A stretch of DNA of 64,000 nt from contig JBFHAT010000005.1 in the NCBI GenBank assembly GCA_041586155.1, forward strand, positions 10,520 through 74,519. The letters are read 5' to 3'. The notes under the pieces were generated by a model. The model saw nothing but the letters and a program-made list of their open reading frames with translations, had not been told where the DNA came from and searched no databases. The stretch's first letter is position 1. Each line of letters starts with the position of its first letter. Below are positions 9,341 through 17,424 of the stretch, one piece after another. This stretch comes from Acidimicrobiia bacterium. GTDB lineage: Bacteria > Actinomycetota > Acidimicrobiia > Spongiisociales > JAENVV01. The position numbers and the translations under genes are program-made.

Positions 9341-10155
9341 ATGGTCATCCCGTCGTGGCCGGCACGCGTCGACTCCGTCAGGTCGGGTCGGCCTTCTTCC
9401 GCCTCGGGCTGCAGCAGACCCTTGCGTACCCGTTGTCATTCGTCCAGAGCCAGCTCAGCTCCATCGTGCCGGCGATCATCTTCTTCTTCGTGGCGAAGCT
9501 GGTCGCCCAGGAGAACTACTACACGTCGGTGATCATCGGACTGGTCGCGGCGGGGGTCCTCGACGCCGGTGTTCGAGGCTTCACGCGGGAGATCGACGTG
9601 GCAATCAACCGAGGGTGGTTGGAGATGTTCCTCGTCGAACCGGTGCGCTGGCGTTTCCTCCCATTTGGGATGGCCCTGTGGCCCATCACCCTCGGCCTGG
9701 CCAGCGTCTCGATGATCGCCCTCACGGCCGCCGCCTTGGGTGCACAGTTCCGGCTCGAGAACCTCCCACTCGCCCTCGTGTTCCTTCTGTTGGCGCTCGC
9801 CGCCGGACTGGTGATCGGAACACTGTCCGCCTCCCTCAAGGTGCTGGCAAAATCCGGCGATCCCGTCCTCTTCGTGTACGGGCTGCTCACCCAGATCTTC
9901 GCCGGCGTGTACTTCGATCTCGACGTGATCCCTGCGCCACTGCGCGTCATCTCGTGGGCGTTGCCCCACACGTACGCCATCGCCGCGCTGCGACGCCTGC
10001 TGCTGCCCGAAGGCAGCCAACTCCCGTCGATCTCGGTGGCGACATCCACCTGGGTACTGGTGGCGTTCTGCGTAGTCGGATATCCGGTGGCACTGTGGGT
10101 CTACGGACGGGCACTGGAATACGGCCGCCGTCTGGGGGTGCTCAGTGGCTATTGA
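9337..10155 (+). CDS. ABC-2 type transporter permease (Wzm-like)
   Basis: 272 aa with six predicted TM segments. ATGA overlap with the ATPase gene. Confidence 0.75.
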   Translation: MNGHPVVAGTRRLRQVGSAFFRLGLQQTLAYPLSFVQSQLSSIVPAIIFFFVAKLVAQENYYTSVIIGLVAAGVLDAGVRGFTREIDVAINRGWLEMFLVEPVRWRFLPFGMALWPITLGLASVSMIALTAAALGAQFRLENLPLALVFLLLALAAGLVIGTLSASLKVLAKSGDPVLFVYGLLTQIFAGVYFDLDVIPAPLRVISWALPHTYAIAALRRLLLPEGSQLPSISVATSTWVLVAFCVVGYPVALWVYGRALEYGRRLGVLSGY

Positions 10156-11131
10156 ACCCGGAGAACCCCAGCCGGTGTTTCCGATATTCACGGGCGCCGG
10201 TCGTTCGGGCACCACCTTGTATCGCTCGATCTTCGACTCGCACCCTGACCTCTTCGTCGCACACGAAGCGCATTTTCTCGGTCCCATGGCGGCACGGGCC
10301 GGGCGATACGAGATGAACGGAGCATTCGACCGACAGCGCTTCGTCGACGACCTCTACGACGACCACAAATTCGTGGTGCTGGGCGTCGACCGCCGAGAGG
10401 TGGCCGAAGCCTTCGACGTCGCCGGTCCTGCCGACTTCGCGACCGCCGCCCGGACGGTGTTCGGCGTGCTGGCGCAGCGGGCGGGCAAGCCGAGATATGG
10501 CGACAAATCTCCCAACTATGCGAGCCGCATCACCGAGATCGCGTCCGTCCTGCCCGAGACGAAGTTCGTTCACATCGTGCGGGACGGCCGCAACGTCGCC
10601 CTTTCGCTGCTCGACCGGGGGATCGGACCTGGCACCCTCATCGACGCCGCGAGCCATTGGTCTTCCGTGGTTCGCAAGGTCGGCAATGCGAGCCGTGAGC
10701 TGGGGCCGGACCGGATCCTCCAATCGAGGTACGAGGATCTCATCGCCGAGCCAGAGTCGGAGGTGAGAAGGATCTGCGACTTCTTGCATCTGCCGTTCGA
10801 TCCCCGCATGCTGGCGTATCGGGAGCGAGTGGACGAGATCCTCGAACCGCTGAAAGCGGTCGAATGGGACTGGGCGCATGAGAACCTCTCCGCTCCACTC
10901 GATCCGACGTTACGTGACTGGCGATCGACGATGGAATCGGACGACGTGGCGGCGTTCGAATCGGTTGCGGCCGAGGAGCTGGAGCGCCACGGGTACACCA
11001 TCGCTTCGGATCCGGCAGACCGGCCGGCTGTGCGAGCCGCTGCCAAGGGTCGATGGCTCGGTAAGCGGGTGGCCTTCCGGATACGGCAACCACTCCGGAA
11101 ACGACGCCACCGCCGCCGTCTCGAGCCGTGA
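10145..11131 (+). CDS. Sulfotransferase
   Basis: IFTGAGRSGTTLYRSIFDSHPDLFVAHE 5'-PSB motif. GTG start overlaps the permease stop. Confidence 0.75.
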   Translation: MAIEPGEPQPVFPIFTGAGRSGTTLYRSIFDSHPDLFVAHEAHFLGPMAARAGRYEMNGAFDRQRFVDDLYDDHKFVVLGVDRREVAEAFDVAGPADFATAARTVFGVLAQRAGKPRYGDKSPNYASRITEIASVLPETKFVHIVRDGRNVALSLLDRGIGPGTLIDAASHWSSVVRKVGNASRELGPDRILQSRYEDLIAEPESEVRRICDFLHLPFDPRMLAYRERVDEILEPLKAVEWDWAHENLSAPLDPTLRDWRSTMESDDVAAFESVAAEELERHGYTIASDPADRPAVRAAAKGRWLGKRVAFRIRQPLRKRRHRRRLEP

Positions 11132-12033
11132 GCTCTCTGGGTCCTCGGCCCAGCTTCTTCATCGTTGGTGCACCAAAATGCGCCACGACGTCGATGTACG
11201 AGTACCTGCGCGCCCACCCCGATGTCTTCATGCCCGACAGACGGGAGATGAACTACTTCGGCTCTGATCTGCCGCTGCCGAATCGGCTGCCAGATCTCGA
11301 AACCTATCTGTCGTTCTTCACCGAAGCGCAACCCGGCCAGGTCGTAGGGGAAAAGTCCGTGAATTACCTGTTCTCGCGGTCGGCTGCGCACGAGCTCTTG
11401 GAGTTCGATCCCGAGGCGAAAGCGATCATCATGCTGCGCAACCCGGCGGACGTCGTGTTCTCGTTGCACCGCCAGTTCTTGTTCTCGGCCAACGAGGACA
11501 TCATCGACTTGGCCTCGGCCCTCGATGCCGAGGATGAACGCATTCGAGGGCTCCGGATCCCGGCAGGCGCCCACAACCCGGCGATGCTGGCGTACACGAG
11601 AGTTGCCTCGTTTGCGCCGCAGGTGCGGCGGTACCTGGATCAATTCGGTCCGGATCGGATCGCCGTGGTGATCTTCGACGACTTCGCTGCAGACCCCGAG
11701 CGTGAATATCGGTCGGTGCTCCGGTTCATCGGCGTCGATCCCGGATACGAACCTGACTTCGAGGTCCACAATCCGGCCAAGCGGGTACCGAATGTGGCGG
11801 TGCGTAAGTTCATGAAGACCCATCGCGGCCTCAGTGCCGTGATCAACCGCATCGTCCCTGAAGACCTGCTCGACCGTGCCCGTTCGAGTTTGGCCCGACT
11901 CCAACCGCAACCCGAGCGCCAGCTCGATCCGGATCTCCGTCGACGGCTCGTCGAGGTGTTCGACGACGACATCAGCCAGCTCGAAGCGCTGATCGACCGC
12001 GACCTGTCGGGCTGGCGGCTCGTACCGGCTTAG
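11128..12033 (+). CDS. Sulfotransferase
   Basis: FFIVGAPKCATTSMYEYLRAHPDVFMP motif. GTGA overlap with the preceding gene. Confidence 0.75.
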   Translation: MSSLGPRPSFFIVGAPKCATTSMYEYLRAHPDVFMPDRREMNYFGSDLPLPNRLPDLETYLSFFTEAQPGQVVGEKSVNYLFSRSAAHELLEFDPEAKAIIMLRNPADVVFSLHRQFLFSANEDIIDLASALDAEDERIRGLRIPAGAHNPAMLAYTRVASFAPQVRRYLDQFGPDRIAVVIFDDFAADPEREYRSVLRFIGVDPGYEPDFEVHNPAKRVPNVAVRKFMKTHRGLSAVINRIVPEDLLDRARSSLARLQPQPERQLDPDLRRRLVEVFDDDISQLEALIDRDLSGWRLVPA

Positions 12034-13046
12034 ACGACCTCGAGCTCGCGCAGGATCCGAAACACCTCCGCGCCGATCGGAGCGGTGCGAGAGATCGGGA
12101 TGTGGGCGAAGTCGACCTGTGCCTGCACGCCTTCGAGCTTCAACAGACGATCGATGTCGACCACATGGAAATCGAGCCGAGCGGAGAGTTCGCTGAGCGC
12201 CAGATTGAACTCGCGCCGGCGCAGCGGATGGGCCGACCCCAGCAGCTGGTAGTTGTGATGCTGACTGCCCGGATCGACCACCAGGCTGTTGTAGATGATG
12301 ACGTGTGCGCCGACTTTCTCACGAATCAGCCTGATCACCTCTTCCAGATTCTTCTGAAAGTCGGCGACATCGATCCGGCCGATGCTCTCGAAGTTCTTCT
12401 TGAACCAGCGGGCGACCTCCGGGTCAGGTAGCACCTTGTCCGTCAGGTTGTTGAGCCAGAAGCCGCCCGGATCGATCAGGTATCCCTCGCTTCGGTGGCG
12501 GTAGACGACGCGCACGAGATCCGAGCCGATGGAGAGGATGACGACCGTCTTGGGAAACCGGCCAAAGCGGGGATGGTCATCGATGACGAAGTCTTTCTCG
12601 GTGAACAGGCGAGGTCCGAAATAGTGCTCTTCGAGCCGGAGCCGGCGCCTCACCTCCGCGGTGTCGGCGGTGGCTGCGTCGCCGAGCGTCTGGAGCATCT
12701 GATCGGTCCGGTGCGCCCCCAACTCGCCACCTGTGCCTTGTTTGAAGATGCCGACCGTGCCCTCGAGTCCGGGACCGATCAGCGGCGCCGCAGTGAATGT
12801 GGACGGCAAGTCGCAGCCGCCACGCAGCAGCACCCCCACCCGCCGCGCATCGGGATCGTTCTTGGAGCGGATCACGGCGAAATTGGGACCGGTGTACTGC
12901 ACGAAGTCGGGGCCGGTCTTCTTCCGGACGCGATCGACCACCGCCTTGCGGTACGTGGCCTTGAAACGCCGCTCGAATGCCGTGTCGGTACCGGCGAGCT
13001 TGCGCCAACCTTTGACGCCTTTACGTAGCAGCTTCTGCATCGTCAC
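12030..13046 (-). CDS. Hypothetical protein, possible SGNH/GDSL-like hydrolase
   Basis: VVILSIGSDLVRV is block-I-like and DFAHIPISR is DxxH block-V-like. Assignment is tentative. Confidence 0.35.
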   Translation of the reverse strand: MTMQKLLRKGVKGWRKLAGTDTAFERRFKATYRKAVVDRVRKKTGPDFVQYTGPNFAVIRSKNDPDARRVGVLLRGGCDLPSTFTAAPLIGPGLEGTVGIFKQGTGGELGAHRTDQMLQTLGDAATADTAEVRRRLRLEEHYFGPRLFTEKDFVIDDHPRFGRFPKTVVILSIGSDLVRVVYRHRSEGYLIDPGGFWLNNLTDKVLPDPEVARWFKKNFESIGRIDVADFQKNLEEVIRLIREKVGAHVIIYNSLVVDPGSQHHNYQLLGSAHPLRRREFNLALSELSARLDFHVVDIDRLLKLEGVQAQVDFAHIPISRTAPIGAEVFRILRELEVV

Positions 13047-13456
13047 AGCTCCTCGGCGGTACGGTCCATCACCTCGGCCACGACCCTCATCTTCGAGGTG
13101 GAGTCAGGACTCCCGCCGTTGTCGCCGAACTCGGGCGCGACGTGAGCCAGCACGTCTCCAACCCGGAACGGGCTGCCCTCACCCAGCTCGATCGAGCGCA
13201 TCGTGCCTGGTTCTGACGCAATGATACGGAACCGCAGCCGCAGCTTGACGGTCCGCGTTTGTTCCGACTTCGCGCGACGCCGCCTGAGCAGACGGGAGGC
13301 GTCTTTGGTTCGATCTACGGCCTCCGATTCGCGCGCCTCGATCTCGCAAAGAACGTCACCGAAGGCGATCGCGCCGCCCTCGGCGACGTGCCATTTCGTG
13401 ACCGAGCCGCCGATCACGCCCATGCCGAGCTCGGGTACTTCGACCGACAGGATCAC
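13043..13456 (-). CDS. Small lipoyl/biotinyl-attachment-like domain protein lacking the modifiable lysine
   Basis: VPELGMGVIGGSVTKWHVAEGGAIAFGDVLCEIEARESEAV resembles the E2 lipoyl domain, but the position of the lipoyl-Lys is Arg. 137 aa. Confidence 0.4.
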   Translation of the reverse strand: MILSVEVPELGMGVIGGSVTKWHVAEGGAIAFGDVLCEIEARESEAVDRTKDASRLLRRRRAKSEQTRTVKLRLRFRIIASEPGTMRSIELGEGSPFRVGDVLAHVAPEFGDNGGSPDSTSKMRVVAEVMDRTAEEL

Positions 13457-14130
13457 TCGGCGCCGTCCCGACTGCCCGACTGGACGAGCAAAGGTCGGCG
13501 TTCGAAGAATCCGTAGTCCTCGAGAATGCGCAGTGCCTCTGCGGCGAGTGCCGCGTTGGCAGCTGCGGAGTACTCGAGAGGACCCGCGACATGGTCGGCG
13601 GCCCCCATTTCCGCCAGGATCCGATCCGCATCGATGATCGAGACGCCCTCTCTGATCGACAGTTGGAGCAACGCCAGGTCGACCTGCTGTGCTCGCCGGG
13701 TGAAGGGGTCGGGCTGGTCGTGGTAGTTCGAGATCGTCACGGTGGGGTCGATAGTCGAAGCATTCAGGAAGACGACGTAGATCTCGTCATCCTTGAACCT
13801 CTTCACGACTCTCTCCATCGCCCCCAGGAAACCGTCGGGATGAGATGCACCGACCAGCACGTCGGGATGCGGGCCTAGGAACACGAGATCGGGCCGGTCG
13901 GCGATGGCGCGACTCCGACCGGACTCCAGCTCAGACAACAGGTCGGGATAGCCGCCCCGCGCCTCGATCGTGAGGTCGACCTGCACGCCGTGCTTGCGCC
14001 GGACGAGGTCGGCGAGCCCTTCTTGGAGGACGCTTCCTCCATCGGCTCGCGACACCAGCGCGTCGACGAGTTCCTTGTTCCCCTTGACGACGACCGACAG
14101 GCGGTCCTGGCCGCCGAGACGAGGTGACAT
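13453..14130 (-). CDS. Hypothetical protein
   Basis: 225-aa ORF in an operon-like overlapping arrangement between the ACP and the lipoyl-like gene. No confident family assignment. Confidence 0.4.
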   Translation of the reverse strand: MSPRLGGQDRLSVVVKGNKELVDALVSRADGGSVLQEGLADLVRRKHGVQVDLTIEARGGYPDLLSELESGRSRAIADRPDLVFLGPHPDVLVGASHPDGFLGAMERVVKRFKDDEIYVVFLNASTIDPTVTISNYHDQPDPFTRRAQQVDLALLQLSIREGVSIIDADRILAEMGAADHVAGPLEYSAAANAALAAEALRILEDYGFFERRPLLVQSGSRDGAE

Positions 14131-14135
14131 CGATC

Positions 14136-14395
14136 CTACGCCGCCGGCGAGCGCCTGCTCTCGATCAGCGTCGTGATCGCAGAGATGTCCTTGAAGTTGT
14201 CGAGCGTGACGTCTTCAGGCTCGATCTCGATGCCGAATTCCTCCTTGATGTGCCCGAGGAGGAGGAAGATGCCAAGCGAGTCGATGATCTCACGTTCGAG
14301 GAGGTCGGTGTCGTCTTCCAGGGCCTGATCAGGCCGGCCTTCCATGAATTCTTGGCGGATGAACGCTTTGACCGCTGCAGCAGTGTTCTCCACGA
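14136..14395 (-). CDS. Acyl carrier protein (phosphopantetheine-binding)
   Basis: LLEREIIDSLGIFLLLGHIKEEFGIEIEPEDV contains the DSL phosphopantetheine attachment motif. Start taken at GTG 14395, ~86 aa. The upstream part of ORF 14136..14621 is probably not translated. Confidence 0.6.
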
Positions 14396-14738
14396 ATAAC
14401 CCCTTTCGCGCGCCATGGTGTCTTGGGCAAGCCCGGCCGAAGCAGGCTTGCGCCTCCCAGCGCCTCGCCTGCCGGAGCGTGATGGTCATCCACTCCCTTG
14501 CCACCATCAATCCACAGCGGTGCGGCTGAACTCTATCGGCGGCCCGCGCGGCTGTCCACCCGCCGGTCACCCCCACCTCGACAGCAAAGGAGCACGTCGG
14601 TAAGGTGCTCAGAACCCACAACTTCCCAGACGCCGCCTGATCCCAGCAGGCCCGCGAAGCCCTTCATCCACTTCGGCGCATTGCCGATAGGGTTCGAAGA
14701 CGACCCGATGCTGGTCGAGGCGCCAGGAGTCTCCCAGA

Positions 14739-15944
14739 ATGAAACACACCATCCTCATCTCGATCACGGCTGCGGTGACCGCCGCCACTCTCTTCGTCGC
14801 GGCGCCGTCGCCGGCAGTTGCATCGAGCAGCCTCAGCCCGATCGGCGTGGTCGGTTGCTCGAACACCCGGAACGCAGTCACCGGATACCACGATGTGTCG
14901 TCGGCCAATGCCTTCTGGAGCGCCGCGTCCATCGCCAGCTACGGCGGCGGCTCCGTCGTGCAATGGGAGAAGGCCAGCGACCCACGCTGGGCGACATTCG
15001 ACGAACAGCTGGCCGCCCGCGGGGCAGCAGCCGTGTGGCTGCAGCTGTGCGTCGCCGACAGCTTCAACGGACCCCTCACCGTCGCAGACAACATCGTCGC
15101 TCTGATCCGCCAGCGCACCAATGTTCCCATCTATGCGTCGGCCATCGACGACACGCCATCGTGCAACCGGTCGAATCCGGCTCTGTCCCAGGACATGGTG
15201 GACCACCTCGTCGCCAACGGATCGGCGGAGCGTGGCCCGGTCATGCAGCCCCTCACGGCCAGCCAAACACTCGACGGTTGTCACGCCAACGACGTGGGCG
15301 ACGATGTGTGGGGTGAGACGTTGGCTCTGTTCTTCACCGGGATCGGCGAGGGGGACGATCCGTCGCCGACCCCCAACCCCAGCCCCAACCCCAGCAGTGG
15401 ATCCGGCCTGTTCATCGACGACGACAACAGCCCCCACGAGACAAACATCGAGTGGATCGCCAAGGCCGGGATCACGCTGGGCTGCAATCCTCCCGCCAAC
15501 GATCGCTACTGCCCCGACGACTCCATCACCCGAGGGCAGATGGCGACGTTCCTCGTGCGCGCCCTCGACCTTCCCCCGGCTCGAGGAGCGGTCGGGTTCA
15601 AAGACGACGACGGCATCCATGAAGGCAACATCGAAGCTGTCGCGGCGGCAGGTATCGCATTCGGATGCAACCCCCCGAGCAACGACCGGTTCTGCCCATA
15701 CGACCCGGTCACCCGGGCGCAGATGGCCTCGTTCCTCGCACGAGCGTTCGATCTCCCTCACGTCTCCAACGGCCCGACCTTCATCGATGACGATGGGTCC
15801 GTGCACGAGGCCAACATCGAAGCGATCGCGGCTGCCGGCATCACGGTGGGATGCAACCCGCCCAAAGGCGACAGGTTCTGCCCTGACGATCCGGTGACCC
15901 GCGCCCAGATGGCCACCTTCCTCGTACGGGCGCTCACTCAATGA
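14739..15944 (+). CDS. Secreted protein: SGNH-like N-terminal domain plus three Cys-containing SLH-like repeats
   Basis: Signal peptide MKHTILISITAAVTAATLFVAAPSPAVA. GCSNTR and DGCHAN motifs. Three ~55-aa repeats of the form FIDDDxxxHExNIExIAxAGIxxGCNPPxxDRxCPxDxxTRxQMAxFLxRA. RBS CCAGGAG. Confidence 0.6.
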   Translation: MKHTILISITAAVTAATLFVAAPSPAVASSSLSPIGVVGCSNTRNAVTGYHDVSSANAFWSAASIASYGGGSVVQWEKASDPRWATFDEQLAARGAAAVWLQLCVADSFNGPLTVADNIVALIRQRTNVPIYASAIDDTPSCNRSNPALSQDMVDHLVANGSAERGPVMQPLTASQTLDGCHANDVGDDVWGETLALFFTGIGEGDDPSPTPNPSPNPSSGSGLFIDDDNSPHETNIEWIAKAGITLGCNPPANDRYCPDDSITRGQMATFLVRALDLPPARGAVGFKDDDGIHEGNIEAVAAAGIAFGCNPPSNDRFCPYDPVTRAQMASFLARAFDLPHVSNGPTFIDDDGSVHEANIEAIAAAGITVGCNPPKGDRFCPDDPVTRAQMATFLVRALTQ

Positions 15945-17182
15945 TCGGGGTGCCGATCGGCTGACGAGCCTCGGGCTCTCCGTGCACTGATCGCCCATAG
16001 GCCGGCGCCCACGACCATTCCCGCAATGACCGCCAAGGCGAGCCAAACCGCCGCCGAGGACGACGATTGTGGAGCCGGCACATCCGGCGGAACGGCCTGT
16101 CCGAGTGTCGTACTGGGTGTTTCGACCCTCGACGTGGTGGTGGTTTCCGCGTCGACGGTCGTCTCGGGGGCCGAGGTGGCAGGAACCGTGCTGGCTGGGG
16201 CGACGTCGGTGGTCACCACCGGCGGCACCGTCTCCGGCGTCACGCCGTCGGCGTAGAACCAAGGCGTCGCCGTCGGGTCCGTCAAGAAATGAGCGAGGAG
16301 CAGTTCGCCGACCTTCTCCTCGCCCGAAAGCACGGGGTGAATGCCCTCCTGGAAGTCGTCGCAACTCCATACCAGCCCGTCGGCGCGAGGCTGCATTCCA
16401 TCGGCCCACATGTAGGGTCCCCACCCGATCCAAGGGGCGAGGCCGGAGGAGGGATCGAGCTCCGGAGCGTCCTCGACCTGGAGTTCGATCGTCCATTTCA
16501 CCGAGAACCCGTTCTCGTAGGCGATCGGTTCCCCTTGATCGGCGTAACCGCCGTAGATGCGGCTCGACAGGTAGACGAGCCGCAAATTGGGAAACCGCTC
16601 CCGCAACACCTGCAACACCTCGACCATCTGGCCGACGTACCGCTCACCCTCGCGTGGGAACCGGCTCGGACCTCGATCCTGGGCCGGCAGCTTGACCCAG
16701 GCCACCTGCACCTGCTCGGCGGTCAGCCCTGCCTCGTCGAGCAGGCTGTCGACTTGAAGCCAGGGCCGGCCCGACGAAGAGGTCCACACCCCCAGAGGCG
16801 CACCGTTCTGGGCGAGGTTGGCAGTTCGCAGCGCCGGATTGACCCGACCATCTCTGGCGACCAGCCGTTCGAAGGCAGCGAACTCCGTTCGCGTGTTCGA
16901 TACGCCAATCGACACGAGACCGATCGAACCATCCGATGCGGGGGAGCCGTCCAGTCCACGCGGCACAACATCGGCGGCAGCCGCCAGCCCCTGTTGCAGG
17001 TGATGATCGGGCGGAAGATTGGACCCGTCGTACAGGCCGCCGGCCTCGCCTCGATACTCGCCACCCACCAACTCGGTCAGCGGCACCAGGCCGGTGCGGT
17101 CGTTCGTACAGTCCTTGGCGGCGCGTTGCGCAGCCGCTGGTGCACCACTCAGCACCAGCAGGACCGCGATGATCATTGCCAC
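15938..17182 (-). CDS. Secreted SGNH-like hydrolase paralog with Thr/Pro-rich linker and C-terminal TM anchor
   Basis: Signal peptide. GVSNTR and DDFQEGIHP motifs. Linker TPETVPPVVTTDVAPASTVPATSAPETT. C-terminal AVWLALAVIAGMVVGAGLWAISARRARG. Confidence 0.55.
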   Translation of the reverse strand: MAMIIAVLLVLSGAPAAAQRAAKDCTNDRTGLVPLTELVGGEYRGEAGGLYDGSNLPPDHHLQQGLAAAADVVPRGLDGSPASDGSIGLVSIGVSNTRTEFAAFERLVARDGRVNPALRTANLAQNGAPLGVWTSSSGRPWLQVDSLLDEAGLTAEQVQVAWVKLPAQDRGPSRFPREGERYVGQMVEVLQVLRERFPNLRLVYLSSRIYGGYADQGEPIAYENGFSVKWTIELQVEDAPELDPSSGLAPWIGWGPYMWADGMQPRADGLVWSCDDFQEGIHPVLSGEEKVGELLLAHFLTDPTATPWFYADGVTPETVPPVVTTDVAPASTVPATSAPETTVDAETTTTSRVETPSTTLGQAVPPDVPAPQSSSSAAVWLALAVIAGMVVGAGLWAISARRARGSSADRHPDH

Positions 17183-17345
17183 GAACAGTGGCCGTCCACG
17201 TTGGTTGATGACTCACTCTCCGGTCGTGCCGAGCTTCGATGACACCCCGCCGACGGCACGGGCGTCGATCCGGGGGGAGTTGCCCAGAGCGACACACGTT
17301 AGATGGGTCGGCCGGCTACCGGATCCGTGGTGTTCTCCGAACTTT

Positions 17346-17374
17346 CTTCACAAAACGCCCCAATGTGCGTACTA
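17346..17374 (+). promoter_or_regulatory. Candidate sigma-70-type promoter for the Wzz-like gene (TTCACA-17 bp-TACTAT)
   Basis: AT-richer hexamers with 17-bp spacing, ~50 bp upstream of ATG 17425 within a 240-bp intergenic region. Confidence 0.3.
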
Positions 17375-17424
17375 TTGTCGGCGGGCGCGGCGGAGGCACC
17401 GCGAGTAAAGGGTGGGAAGGAACC

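Noticed and set aside
14396-14738. 340-bp intergenic region between the ACP and the SLH-like gene, checked for a tRNA or small RNA gene
   Set aside because: No cloverleaf-compatible stems or conserved tRNA boxes were seen. It is more likely a divergent promoter region.
15938-16090. C-terminal tail of the SGNH-like protein considered as a PEP-CTERM or LPXTG signal
   Set aside because: No PEP motif and no LPXTG motif is present. It is kept only as a low-interest observation of a motif-TM-Arg tail.
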